From contig CAWHFW010000005.1 of assembly GCA_963828735.1 (NCBI GenBank), forward strand, positions 1 through 64,000: 64,000 nt of DNA, in the 5' to 3' direction. The position numbers were made by a program, and so were the translations under genes. Below the pieces are notes generated by a model, which saw only the letters and a list, made by a program, of their open reading frames with translations, did no database searches and had not been told where the DNA came from. Positions 18,751 through 28,145 of the stretch are shown here, piece by piece (positions within the stretch are counted from its first letter, which is position 1; each line of letters opens with the position of its first letter). Origin of the DNA: an uncultured Gemmatimonadales bacterium. GTDB lineage: Bacteria > Gemmatimonadota > Gemmatimonadetes > Gemmatimonadales > GWC2-71-9.

Positions 18751-19602
18751 ATGAGCAAAGACGTGCGACAGATGGAGGACCCGCTGGGTCTCCTCCGGCT
18801 GGGCTACGCCCAGCCCTTGCTCGAGGTGCCCGCCAGGCGCTGGGAAGATGGCGGCGTACTCGACCGGGTCGAGACCGTCGCTGAGGAAACGCCCGTGGCC
18901 ATGGTTTACAACGGGATCCCGCACGCGGTCATGATGGCGACACCGCAGGATCTCGAGGACTTCGCGCTCGGCTTCAGCCTGACGGAAGAGCTGATCGCGT
19001 CGCCCGCCGATCTCCACGCGGTCGAGTGCGTTCGGTACAGCCAGGGCATCGAGATCCAGGTGATGGTGGGCCCCGAGCGTGAGGCCGAGATCGCCGCGCG
19101 CACCCGGCGGCTCACCGGTCGCACCGGGTGCGGGATCTGCGGGGCGGACAGCGTCGCGTCGGTGCTCAAGACGCTGCACGCGGTAGAGTCGTCCGTGACG
19201 GTCGCCGAGGCCGCGATCCAGACCGCGATGGCGTCTCTGGCGTCCCATCAGACGCTGAACGCCGCTGCCGGCGCCGTGCACGCGGCCGGCTGGGCGGCGC
19301 TCGACGGCACGATCGACCTGGTGCGGGAAGACGTCGGCAGGCACAACGCACTGGACAAGTTGATCGGCGCGCTGCTTCGCCGGGGCACCGACCCCACGAC
19401 GGGCTTCGTCGCGGTCACGAGCCGGGCCAGCTTCGAGATGGTTCAGAAGACCACGCGTCTCGGCGCCGCGGTCATGGTTGCGGTATCGGGACCCACCGGC
19501 CTGGCCATCCGGATCGCGCAGCAGGCCGGCCTCACCCTGGTGGGATTCGCCCGGGGCACCCGCCACACGGTGTACACCCACCCGCACCGGCTGGTGGCCT
19601 GA
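18751..19602 (+). CDS. fdhD: Formate dehydrogenase accessory sulfurtransferase
   Basis: GAGGAG RBS; VMMATPQDLEDFALGF, GCGICG, VHAAG, REDVGRHNALDKLIG, SRASFEMVQK. Confidence 0.95.
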   Translation: MSKDVRQMEDPLGLLRLGYAQPLLEVPARRWEDGGVLDRVETVAEETPVAMVYNGIPHAVMMATPQDLEDFALGFSLTEELIASPADLHAVECVRYSQGIEIQVMVGPEREAEIAARTRRLTGRTGCGICGADSVASVLKTLHAVESSVTVAEAAIQTAMASLASHQTLNAAAGAVHAAGWAALDGTIDLVREDVGRHNALDKLIGALLRRGTDPTTGFVAVTSRASFEMVQKTTRLGAAVMVAVSGPTGLAIRIAQQAGLTLVGFARGTRHTVYTHPHRLVA

Positions 19603-19608
19603 GATCGG

Positions 19609-20592
19609 TCAGGGCGCCGGCGCGCCTCGCATCGGCTTCCCCTCGCCGCGCCGGTTCTGCACGTAGCGCCAGCCGAAACGCCCCTTGATGCAGAGGTTGC
19701 CGCGGGTGACGTCGTGGTCGAGCGGCGAGGTGACCTTCACGATCTCGTTGTCCTGCACGTGCAGCTCGAGATTGCAGCCGACGCCGCAGTAGGGGCAGAT
19801 GGTCGTGGTTACCGTCTGGCGTGACTCGTCCCAGGTGCCCGCCTGCCGGCGATCGTGCTCGCTCTTGAACATGAGGGCGCCCGTGGGGCACACGGCGATG
19901 CAGTTCCCGCAGTACACGCAGGCCGATTCCGGCAGCTCGACCGCGAACTCGGTCGAGATCCTGGCGTCGAAGCCCCGCCCCGCGACCGTGAGCGCGTAGG
20001 TGTTCTGGAAGTCCTTGCCGCAGGCCTCGACGCACTTGTAGCACAGGATGCACTTCGCGTAGTCCCGCACGTACAGCTCATTGTCCACCTTCACCGGCTG
20101 CGCGACGGTAGCGGCGTACTCGGCTCGCGGCTCGTCGTGGTGCCCGGGAGCGTGGCTGTCCCGGACGCCGGCCGCCGAGGCTGGCGCGGACGGGCCGTAC
20201 CGCTCGGGATGACACCCGTACTCGGTCAGCCACCGCGCGACGTCGGGCGTCGTCGAGAGGTCCACCGAGGAGGCCAGGAACTCGAGCACCATCTTCCGGC
20301 TGTGCTGCACGCGCTCCGAGTCGGTCTTGACCACCATGTTGGGCTCGACCTTCCGCGAGCACGACGGCACCAAGACCCGCGACCCCTCCACCTCGACCAC
20401 GCATGCGCGGCACACGTTGACCGGGTGCAGCGTTTCCAGGTAGCACAGGGTCGGGATCTCCTTCCCCTGGGTCCGGCAGGCCTCGAGCACGGTGCTGCCT
20501 TCGGGCACCTGGACCGGCTCGCCGTCGATCTTGAGCTCGACGGTGCGCCGCGGCGGCCGCAGCTGGACCAGCGGGGTGAAGCTCGCGGTCAT
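19609..20592 (-). CDS. FDH iron-sulfur subunit (NuoG/FdsA N-terminal type: 2Fe-2S, 2x4Fe-4S and the Molybdop_Fe4S4 motif)
   Basis: PTLCY..VCRAC..PSC; CILCYKCVEAC; CVYCGNCIAVCP; CPYCGVGC...LCIKGRFG. Confidence 0.9.
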   Translation of the reverse strand: MTASFTPLVQLRPPRRTVELKIDGEPVQVPEGSTVLEACRTQGKEIPTLCYLETLHPVNVCRACVVEVEGSRVLVPSCSRKVEPNMVVKTDSERVQHSRKMVLEFLASSVDLSTTPDVARWLTEYGCHPERYGPSAPASAAGVRDSHAPGHHDEPRAEYAATVAQPVKVDNELYVRDYAKCILCYKCVEACGKDFQNTYALTVAGRGFDARISTEFAVELPESACVYCGNCIAVCPTGALMFKSEHDRRQAGTWDESRQTVTTTICPYCGVGCNLELHVQDNEIVKVTSPLDHDVTRGNLCIKGRFGWRYVQNRRGEGKPMRGAPAP

Positions 20593-22475
20593 CGCGCCGC
20601 TCCGTCGAACATGCGGAGCCGCTTGATCGCGGACTCGACCGCGCTGTACGCGGTCTGCCCCAGACCGCAGATGGATGCGTCCTTCATGGCCAGGCCGATC
20701 TCCTCGAGGAGTGCGAGCTCGTTCTGCACGCCGCCCCTGGGTTTGGCGACCTGGATGCGGTGGAGCGCCTCTTCCTGCCGGACGGTGCCCACGCGGCACG
20801 GGACGCACTGACCGCAGGATTCGTCCCGGAAGAAGGCCGCGATCCGGCGGAGGATCGGCTTCAGGTCGATGGTGTCGTCGAACACCATGATGACGCCGGA
20901 GCCCAGCGTGGCCTGCGCGGCGCGCGCCCCTTCGAACGTGAGCGGCATGTCGATCTCGTCCGGGCGTACGAACACGCCGGCCGCCCCACCCAGCAGGATC
21001 GCCTGCAGGGTACGTCCCTCCGGGAGCCCCCCGGCCAGCTCGAGCATCTGCCGCAGCGTGGCGCCGAACGGCACCTCGTAGACCCCGGGGCGAACGATGC
21101 ATCCGGCCAGGCAGAACAGGCGCGGTCCCGCCGATGCCTCGGTGCCGATCCTGGCGTACGCCGGCCCGCCGAGCCGCAGGATCTCCAGCACGTTGACCAG
21201 GGTCTCGACGTTGTTGATGACGGTGGGCTTGCCGAAGACGCCAACCTGGACGGGGAACGGGGGCTTGTTCCGGGGCTCGCCGCGGAAGCCTTCGATCGAG
21301 TTGAAGATCGCGGTCTCTTCGCCGCAGATGTAGGCGCCGCCTCCGCGCCGGATCTCGATGTCGAACTTGAACCCGTGGCCCATCACGTTCTCGCCCAGCA
21401 GGCCGCGCGCCCGCGCCGCGTCGATGGCGTGCTGGAGGCGCTCGGTGGCCAGCGGATACTCGCCGCGCACGTAGATGAACCCCTGCTCGCACCCGGTCGC
21501 GTAGGCGGCGACCGTCATCGCCTCGACGAGGCTGAACGGGTCGCCCTCCATGATGACGCGATCCTTGAACGTGCCGGGCTCGGATTCATCGGCGTTGCAG
21601 ATCAGGTAATGCGGCCGCACCGGCTGGTGCGCCACCGCATCCCATTTCCTGCCCGTGGGGAACGCCGCCCCGCCCCGCCCCAGCAGCTTCGCGTCGGTCA
21701 CCTCGCGGATCACACCATCGGGGCCCAACGCGATGGCCTGCCGCAGCGCCTCATACCCGCCGAGCGCGCGATAGGCATCGAGGCTCCCCGGGTCCGCGAC
21801 GTCCACCCGACGGAGCAGCCGCAGCGAGGGATCCCCCGCCTGCGGCAACCGCGGATGCGGCGCGCCCGCGGCGGAGAGATCGCCGTCCAGGACGCGCCGC
21901 GCGGTGGCCGCGTCCACGTGACCGAAGAGCCGCTCCACGGGCTCCTGGCCCGCGACCGTCACGAACGCCGCGGGCGCCTGGTCGCAGAGGCCCAGGCACG
22001 GGCTGCGCAGCCAGATCGCGTCCTCCGCGCCGATCTCGACGTGATCGCCGTCCGGACCGTGATGGCCGGCCGGTCCCACGGTCCGCTCCAGGGTGTCGCA
22101 GAGGGCGTCGGCGCCCTTGCAGCGGCAGGCGATGTCGTCGCACACGTGGAGCACGCGCCTCGGCCGCGGCGTGGTGGAGAGCAGCGCGTAGAACGTAGCC
22201 ACGCCGTACGCATCGGCCGGCGGGACCGAGAGCCGCTCGCAGACGTAATTGAGCGCTCCTTCGCTGATCCATCCGATGGTGGATTGCACCGCCTGGAGCG
22301 CCGGCAACAGCAGGTGGCGCCGGGCGCGGGCCGCGTGACCGCCCGCCGCGGCGTGCGCATCGCGCCGCTCGTCCCGGACCCCGCCGTCCCATCCGGAGGC
22401 GGGTAGCCCGAGGAGCGCGTCGACCGCGGCGCGCTCCTCATCGGTCGGCTCGGCGTCGAGAAGATGAAGATCCAA
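20589..22475 (-). CDS. Fused NuoE+NuoF-like NAD(H)/FMN diaphorase subunit
   Basis: VCDDIAC...CLGLCDQAP; GRGGAAFPTG, CNADESEPGTFKDR, YICGEETA, ESCGQCVPCRVG, ASICGLG; TTG start. Confidence 0.93.
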   Translation of the reverse strand: MDLHLLDAEPTDEERAAVDALLGLPASGWDGGVRDERRDAHAAAGGHAARARRHLLLPALQAVQSTIGWISEGALNYVCERLSVPPADAYGVATFYALLSTTPRPRRVLHVCDDIACRCKGADALCDTLERTVGPAGHHGPDGDHVEIGAEDAIWLRSPCLGLCDQAPAAFVTVAGQEPVERLFGHVDAATARRVLDGDLSAAGAPHPRLPQAGDPSLRLLRRVDVADPGSLDAYRALGGYEALRQAIALGPDGVIREVTDAKLLGRGGAAFPTGRKWDAVAHQPVRPHYLICNADESEPGTFKDRVIMEGDPFSLVEAMTVAAYATGCEQGFIYVRGEYPLATERLQHAIDAARARGLLGENVMGHGFKFDIEIRRGGGAYICGEETAIFNSIEGFRGEPRNKPPFPVQVGVFGKPTVINNVETLVNVLEILRLGGPAYARIGTEASAGPRLFCLAGCIVRPGVYEVPFGATLRQMLELAGGLPEGRTLQAILLGGAAGVFVRPDEIDMPLTFEGARAAQATLGSGVIMVFDDTIDLKPILRRIAAFFRDESCGQCVPCRVGTVRQEEALHRIQVAKPRGGVQNELALLEEIGLAMKDASICGLGQTAYSAVESAIKRLRMFDGAAR

Positions 22476-24419
22476 CTAGGCTCCTTTGGGCGAGGCCACG
22501 CGAGCCTGGCGGGCTCGCGGCTCGGCGGACCGCACCGGCTCCACGCGCACCGCGCACGCCTTGAACTCCGCGGTGCCGGACTTGGGATCGGTCTCGTCGA
22601 TGGTGAGGCGGTTGACGGCGACCTCGTCCTGGAAGTGGAGCGTCATGAAGACGAGCCCCGCCCGGAGCGACCGGTCGATCCGAGCCGGCGCCAGGACGCT
22701 CCCCCGGCGCGACGTGACTCGCACCTGGTCGCCATCCTTCAGGTTCAGCCGTTCCGCGTCCTCCGGGGAGATGTCGAGCGACTCGCCCCGGCGCAGCGGC
22801 GAGGTGAAGCCGCCGGTCTGGACGCCCGTGTTGTACGAGTCGAGCCGACGGCCCGTCGTCAGCATGAATGGGTAGTCCGCGTCGGGACGCTCGACCGGCG
22901 GGTCGTGCTCGACCACCGAAAACGGCGCCAGGCGCCCCTCCGCGGGATCCTTCCACAGCCGGCTGTGCAGGAACAGCTCGCCGGGATGATTCTCGTCGTA
23001 GCAGGGCCAGTGCAGCCCCCCTTCCCGGTCCAGGCGCTCGTAGCTCATCCCGGCGAAGTTCGGCGCCAGGCACCGCACCTCGTTCCAGATCTCCTCGGCC
23101 GTCGGGTGGCCCAGGTCGGCACCGACCCGCTTGGCGATCTCCGCGATGATCCAGATGTCGTCGCGCGCGTCGCCCGGCGGCTCCAGCGCCTTCCGGACGC
23201 GCTGCACGCGCCGCTCGCTGTTCGTCACCGTGCCTTCCGCCTCGCACCAGCTCGACGAGGCCGGCAGCACCACGTGGGCGAATTGCGCCGTCCGCGTGAG
23301 GAAGATGTCCTGCACCACGAGATGGTCGAGGCCCTTGAGCAGTCGCTCGGTCCGGTGCTGGTCCGCCTCGGCCTGCGCCGGATTCTCGCCGATGGCGTAG
23401 AGCGCCTTGATCTCGCCGTGCTCCATGCCCTCGAACATCTGGGTCACCGTGCGCCCGTAGCGCGGCTCGAGGGTGACGCCCCAGTGGCTCTCGAACTTGG
23501 CCCGGATCGCCGGCTCGACCGTCCAATCCTGGAATCCGACCAGCCGATTCGGAATCGCTCCCATGTCGCCGCCGCCCTGCACATTGTTCTGTCCGCGCAG
23601 GGGATTCACCCCGGAGCCGTAGCGGCCGACGTGCCCCGTGAGCAGCGCCAGATTGATCAGCGACAGCACGTTGTCGACCGCGTTATGATGCTCGGTGATG
23701 CCGAGCGTCCAGCAGATCTCCGCCCGGTCCGCGCGGGCGTAGGCGTGGGCCGTCTCGCGGATGACCTCGGCCGGCACTCCCGTCTCGCGCTCCGCCATCT
23801 CGAGCGTGTACGGCTCGACCGCGGCGCGATAGGCGTCGTAGCCGGTGGTGGCCCGCCGGATGAACGTCTCGTTCGCAAGGCCGCTGTGGATGATCTCGCG
23901 GGCCATCGCATTGGACAGGGCGATGTCGGTTCCGACGTTGAGCCCCAGCCACTGGTCGGCCCATTGGGCGGACGTGGTCCGCCGCGGGTCCATGACGTAC
24001 AGCTTGGCCCCGTTGTGAATGCCCTTGAGGACGTGATGGAAGAAGATAGGGTGATTCTCCCGGGCGTTCGCACCCCAGAGGAAGATCACGTCCGTCTCTT
24101 CCACCTCACGGTAGGAGCTGGTTCCCCCACCGACACCGAAGACCGTCGCCAGACCGACGACGCTAGGTGCGTGTCACGTTCGGTTACAGCTGTCGATGTT
24201 ATGGCTTCTGAAGCCCAGCCGGACCAGCTTCTGCGCGAGGTAGTTGACCTCGTTGCTGGCCTTCGAGCAGCTGAAGGTGCCGATGGCGTCCCGACTCTCG
24301 GCCATGGTGCGGCGGAAGCCCTCGGCGGCGCGGTTCAGGGCCTCGTCCCAGGAGGCCGGGCGCAGCGTGCCACCATCCCGCACCAGGGGCTCGGTGAGAC
24401 GGGTGTAATTCATGGCCAT
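22476..24419 (-). CDS. Formate dehydrogenase catalytic Mo/W-bisPGD subunit, selenocysteine-containing (UGA at 24174-24176)
   Basis: ORFs 24174..24440 and 22476..24104 share a frame: NIDSCNRT-U-HAPSVVGL; LRGQNNVQG; GGGAGG RBS before ATG 24419. Confidence 0.93.
24145..24176 (-). promoter_or_regulatory. Bacterial SECIS element
   Basis: UGA CACGCACCUAGC GUCGUC-GGUCU-GGCGAC hairpin; spacing and GGUCU apex like the E. coli fdhF SECIS. Confidence 0.85.
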
Positions 24420-24500
24420 GAAACCCTCCCGGAAAGGCACAAGCGAAAGACCTGTCAGGAATTATCGCCTGACGGGGTCCCGCGTTCAAATTTGCGGTCT

Positions 24501-24527
24501 CTATCGTATGATAGGCCGGACGAATCA
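24501..24527. promoter_or_regulatory. Putative LysR-type binding site upstream of the fdh operon
   Basis: TGAT-N11-ATCA (24509-24527) and overlapping CTATC-N4-GATAG (24501-24514). Confidence 0.45.
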
Positions 24528-25439
24528 ACCTGTCGTCGCTCGCCCCACTTCGGACATGACATCCGGGCGTCCGACGAGGTCCACCAGCTGCCGGGCCGAC
24601 GGCGTAAGCGGCTCCCGGTCCGGCACCACCAGGCCGACCCGGTGAGATACGTCCGGATCTACCAGAGGAATGGCCCGCAGGCCGGACGGGTCACCAAACA
24701 GCCGGAAGAATGCCTGTGGCAGGACGCTCGACCAATGGCCCGTGCGCAGATGGGAGCAAAGCGTGATGACCGAGTTCGTTTCGAGCGACGGTCGCGGCAC
24801 CGCCCCCACCTCGCGGAAATGGGTGTCGAGAATGCGGCGGTTCTGCATGTCCGGTGTGAGGAGGCACAGCGGAGTCTCCGCCGCTTCCCTCCATGACACG
24901 GAGCTCCGACCGCTGAACGGGCCGTCCGCCGAGCTGAAGAGAAAGTAGCGCTCGTGGTATAACGGGATCGCGCGGACCCCGATGAGCGGCTCGTTCTCGA
25001 GGTAAGTGACACCGGCGTCCAGACTGAAGTCACCGAGCCCGTGCTGGATATCGATCGAGGTGAGCGACAGCACCGTGATCACGACATGCGGATGATCGAG
25101 CGCGAACGGCGCGGTGAGGGCCGAGACGACCGGAAGCGCCGTAGGAATCGCGCCCATTCGCAGGCGGCCGACCAGACCCTCGCGGAGCTCCGCGGCGTCC
25201 TGCTTGAGGCTGGCCGCGTCGGAGAGAATGAGGCGGGCCCAGGCGAGGACCCGTTCGCCCTCGGGGGTGAAGCCCTGGAACCGCTGCCCCCGCCGGACGA
25301 TCAGCAGGCCGAGCTCTTCCTCGAGCTGCTTGATGCCGCTCGACAGGGTCGGCTGCTTCACGTCGCACGATTGGGCCGCCCGGGCGAAGTGGCGTTCGTT
25401 GGCCACGGCCACCAGGTAATGCAGGTGCCTCAGGAGCAT
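24525..25439 (-). CDS. LysR family transcriptional regulator
   Basis: LHYLVAVANERHFARAAQSCDVKQPTLSSGIKQLEEELG HTH; LTPEGE; GRLRMGAIPT. Confidence 0.95.
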   Translation of the reverse strand: MLLRHLHYLVAVANERHFARAAQSCDVKQPTLSSGIKQLEEELGLLIVRRGQRFQGFTPEGERVLAWARLILSDAASLKQDAAELREGLVGRLRMGAIPTALPVVSALTAPFALDHPHVVITVLSLTSIDIQHGLGDFSLDAGVTYLENEPLIGVRAIPLYHERYFLFSSADGPFSGRSSVSWREAAETPLCLLTPDMQNRRILDTHFREVGAVPRPSLETNSVITLCSHLRTGHWSSVLPQAFFRLFGDPSGLRAIPLVDPDVSHRVGLVVPDREPLTPSARQLVDLVGRPDVMSEVGRATTG

Positions 25440-25543
25440 GGGCAAGCGCTCCGGCCGTGGGATCGTCCGCCGTCGTTGCTCCGGACCGTGTGACCTCCGA
25501 ACGCTGGCCTGATCCTTGGCCCCGCGCGGGCGGGTGACGCGAC

Positions 25544-25804
25544 CTACCGGTTATCCGCAGCCCGCGTCCTGAGTCCTCGCAGCTCCTGCGGACGACGGCC
25601 ACCTCCGCGGAACTCGCAGTGCCCCGGATCGCACACCCGGCCGCCGGTGGGGTTGCCGCGTCGTTCCGCCGAGCGCATGAGCTGTTCCGCCAGCAGCCAG
25701 GCAGGAACCCATTCGCCCGCCACGACATCCGGATAGAGGCTGGCGAACTGCGGCTTCAGTCGGGCCTGCCGCTCCGGCCCCGTGGATTTGCTATGCCTCG
25801 GCAT
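25544..25804 (-). CDS. Small hypothetical protein
   Basis: GAGGA RBS, ATG; RQARLKPQFASLYP..GEWVPA..HCEFRGG; fills the gap between genes. Confidence 0.65.
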   Translation of the reverse strand: MPRHSKSTGPERQARLKPQFASLYPDVVAGEWVPAWLLAEQLMRSAERRGNPTGGRVCDPGHCEFRGGGRRPQELRGLRTRAADNR

Positions 25805-25829
25805 AAGTCCTCATGGCGCGTCGCGCCGC

Positions 25830-26909
25830 CTAATGCTTCGTCGCCCGAATGCGCTCGTAGAGCTCGATGTGGCGCTCGGCCATGGCGGCCTGCGTGAACC
25901 GCTCGGCGACGCGACGGCGGCCGGCCTCGCCGAGCGTGCGGCGCCGGACGGGGTCGTGACTCAAGGCCTCGAGCGCCTGCGCCAGCGCCGGCACGTCCCG
26001 GAGCGGGACTTCGAGGCCGGTGACCCCAGGCACGTTGACTTCCCGGACGGCGCTGGGCAGCGCGGTCGTGATCACCGGCCGTCCCGCAGCCATCGCCTCC
26101 AGCACGACGAGGCCGAACATCTCTTCAACGGTGACCGACGGCAGGACCAGGAAGTCGGCGTCGGCCATGCGCCTCGGCAGGTCCTCGTCCGGATACTCGC
26201 CGTACCAGCGGACCCGGTCGGTGATGGCGAGTGCCTGGGCGAGGGTCCGGAGCCGCGGCCCTTCCGGGCCCGAGCCGACCACGTCGAGTCGGAGCTCCGG
26301 CACGCGCTCGAGCGCGCGCAGGAGGATGTCGAGCCCCTTGTAGGCCACCAGCCGTCCGATGAAGATGGCGCGAGGCGCGGCGCCGGGCGGCGGCGGCGGG
26401 ACCGTTTCCCACCGCGTCTGGTCGATCCCGAACGGAATCACCTCGACCTTGCTCTCCCAGCCCACCAGCTCGGTCGAGAGCGCCAGATGGGCGCGGCTCG
26501 GGACCACCACCGCCGCCGCGCGGCGCAGGACCAACCCCGTCACGGGACGATATATCGACCGACGCGAGTCCGCGTGCTGCGTCACCACGACCGGCGTTCG
26601 CCCCGCGCGGAGCAGGCATGCCAGGTCGGCGAGCGGGTGGGGATGATGCACGTGGATGATGTCCGCCCGCTTCCACGCGGCGGCGATATACCCCGGAGCG
26701 ATCTCCTGCGAGCCGAGCGCGGCGAACGAGAATGCGCGGGTCACGGACGATCGCTCCCGCGCGGCCCTGCCCGCCTTGCCCCGCCCTTCGACCGCGACGA
26801 CCTCCACCTGGTGGCCGAGCCCCGCCGCGCCTTCGGCGAGTCCCTGGACCACCCGTTCCATGCCGCCGGAGCGCGGCCAGTAATACTTCGCGAGGTGGAG
26901 TATGCGCAT
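25830..26909 (-). CDS. GT4 glycosyltransferase
   Basis: MRILHLAKYYWPRSGGME, FIGRLVAYKG, EMFGLVVLEAMAAGRPV. Confidence 0.93.
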   Translation of the reverse strand: MRILHLAKYYWPRSGGMERVVQGLAEGAAGLGHQVEVVAVEGRGKAGRAARERSSVTRAFSFAALGSQEIAPGYIAAAWKRADIIHVHHPHPLADLACLLRAGRTPVVVTQHADSRRSIYRPVTGLVLRRAAAVVVPSRAHLALSTELVGWESKVEVIPFGIDQTRWETVPPPPPGAAPRAIFIGRLVAYKGLDILLRALERVPELRLDVVGSGPEGPRLRTLAQALAITDRVRWYGEYPDEDLPRRMADADFLVLPSVTVEEMFGLVVLEAMAAGRPVITTALPSAVREVNVPGVTGLEVPLRDVPALAQALEALSHDPVRRRTLGEAGRRRVAERFTQAAMAERHIELYERIRATKH

Positions 26910-26999
26910 CGAGGGTCTCGCCAACATCACCACGACCCGCGACCCAAGTCAACCGCGCCTCCCCTTGGTCCTGGCCCTGGCACCCGCGAGATTGGTGGC

Positions 27000-28112
27000 G
27001 TGCGCGCACTCGTGATCTCCCGCGTCTACGCGGACCCGTTGGCCAGGGGCAAGCTCCGTGCTCTGGCCTCCCTTGGTGTGACCGTGGCCGCCGCGGTGCC
27101 GGATCGCTGGGTGCCTGCCGGTCTGGTGCAGCAGCAGCAGACCGCCTGGGGCGACGACGGCGGCGTGCGCACGGTGCCCGTCCGGCTTCGAGGGGGCGCG
27201 TTGCCCTCCGCCGATCCGTTCTGGCACTCGGGCACCGTCCGCGGCCTGCTCACCGACATGCGGCCCGAGCTGGTCCAGGTGGAGGAAGAGCCGTGGAGCA
27301 ACGGCGCGGCGGCCATCTGCCGCGCCGCCCGGCGGCTCGGCGTGCCCTACGTGCTCCTCACCCGCGAGAGCCTGCCGGTCTCCCGGAGCACCCTCGCCGC
27401 GCTGCGCCGGAGCCGGGCCCTCGGCGGCGCCGCCGGGCTGATCGCGGTCAACGAGTTCGCCGGCCGGCTGGCGGTCCGCGGACGCCCGTCACTGCCGCAT
27501 CGCACCATTCCGCAGATCGGGACGCCGCTTCCGCTGAGCGTCCAGCGGACGCCGCACACCGGGCTCGCCATCGGATTTGTCGGCCGCCTGATCCCCGAAA
27601 AGGGATTGGACCTCCTGTTCCGCGCCGCGGTCAAGCTCATCGGTCGGTGGACCATCACCGTGGTCGGGACTGGGCCGGCGCAGGAAGAGCTCGAATCGCT
27701 CGCGGAGCGACTGGGCATCGCCGGCCAGGTGACCTGGCTCGGCGCGTTGCCCCGGAGCGGCGTCGACGAGGTATGGCCCCGGCTCGACGTCGTCGTGGTC
27801 CCCTCGCGAACGACTCCTCGCTGGATCGAAGTCATGCCGCGGGCGGCGCTCGACGCGATGGCCCACGGCATCACCGTCGTGGGCAGCGCGGCCGGCGCCT
27901 TACCGGAGACTCTGGCAGACGCTGGAGTGGTGGTTCCCGAGGAAGACGTAGCCGCCCTGAGCGAGACGCTCCAGCGCCTCCATGACGACCCGGCCGAGCT
28001 CCAACGGCTCGGCGCGGCGGGACGCCGTCGCGTGATGGACGCCTACACCGACGCGGCCGTCGCCGAGCGCACCCTTGCCTTCTGGCGGGATCTCATTCGC
28101 GCAACCGCTTGA
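27000..28112 (+). CDS. GT4 glycosyltransferase
   Basis: GTG start VRALVISRVY; EEEPWS; FVGRLIPEKGLD; divergent E-x7-D motif (EVMPRAALDAMAHG). Confidence 0.88.
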   Translation: MRALVISRVYADPLARGKLRALASLGVTVAAAVPDRWVPAGLVQQQQTAWGDDGGVRTVPVRLRGGALPSADPFWHSGTVRGLLTDMRPELVQVEEEPWSNGAAAICRAARRLGVPYVLLTRESLPVSRSTLAALRRSRALGGAAGLIAVNEFAGRLAVRGRPSLPHRTIPQIGTPLPLSVQRTPHTGLAIGFVGRLIPEKGLDLLFRAAVKLIGRWTITVVGTGPAQEELESLAERLGIAGQVTWLGALPRSGVDEVWPRLDVVVVPSRTTPRWIEVMPRAALDAMAHGITVVGSAAGALPETLADAGVVVPEEDVAALSETLQRLHDDPAELQRLGAAGRRRVMDAYTDAAVAERTLAFWRDLIRATA

Positions 28113-28145
28113 CATCGCCTTACTTACGAGCGATCTTCGCCCTCC

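Noticed and set aside
20589..22475. Respiratory complex I nuoEF
   Set aside because: No other nuo genes; embedded in an fdh operon with fdhD and mobB
24174..24440. Separate 88-aa gene or fdh pseudogene
   Set aside because: The stop is an in-frame UGA at the Sec position with a SECIS
20760..24896. Long + strand ORFs (548 and 810 aa) and similar antisense ORFs throughout
   Set aside because: Stop-poor shadow frames of GC-rich genes with no recognisable motifs
25782..27000. N-terminal extension of the 776-aa GT ORF
   Set aside because: Antisense shadow of the GT4 at 25830-26909
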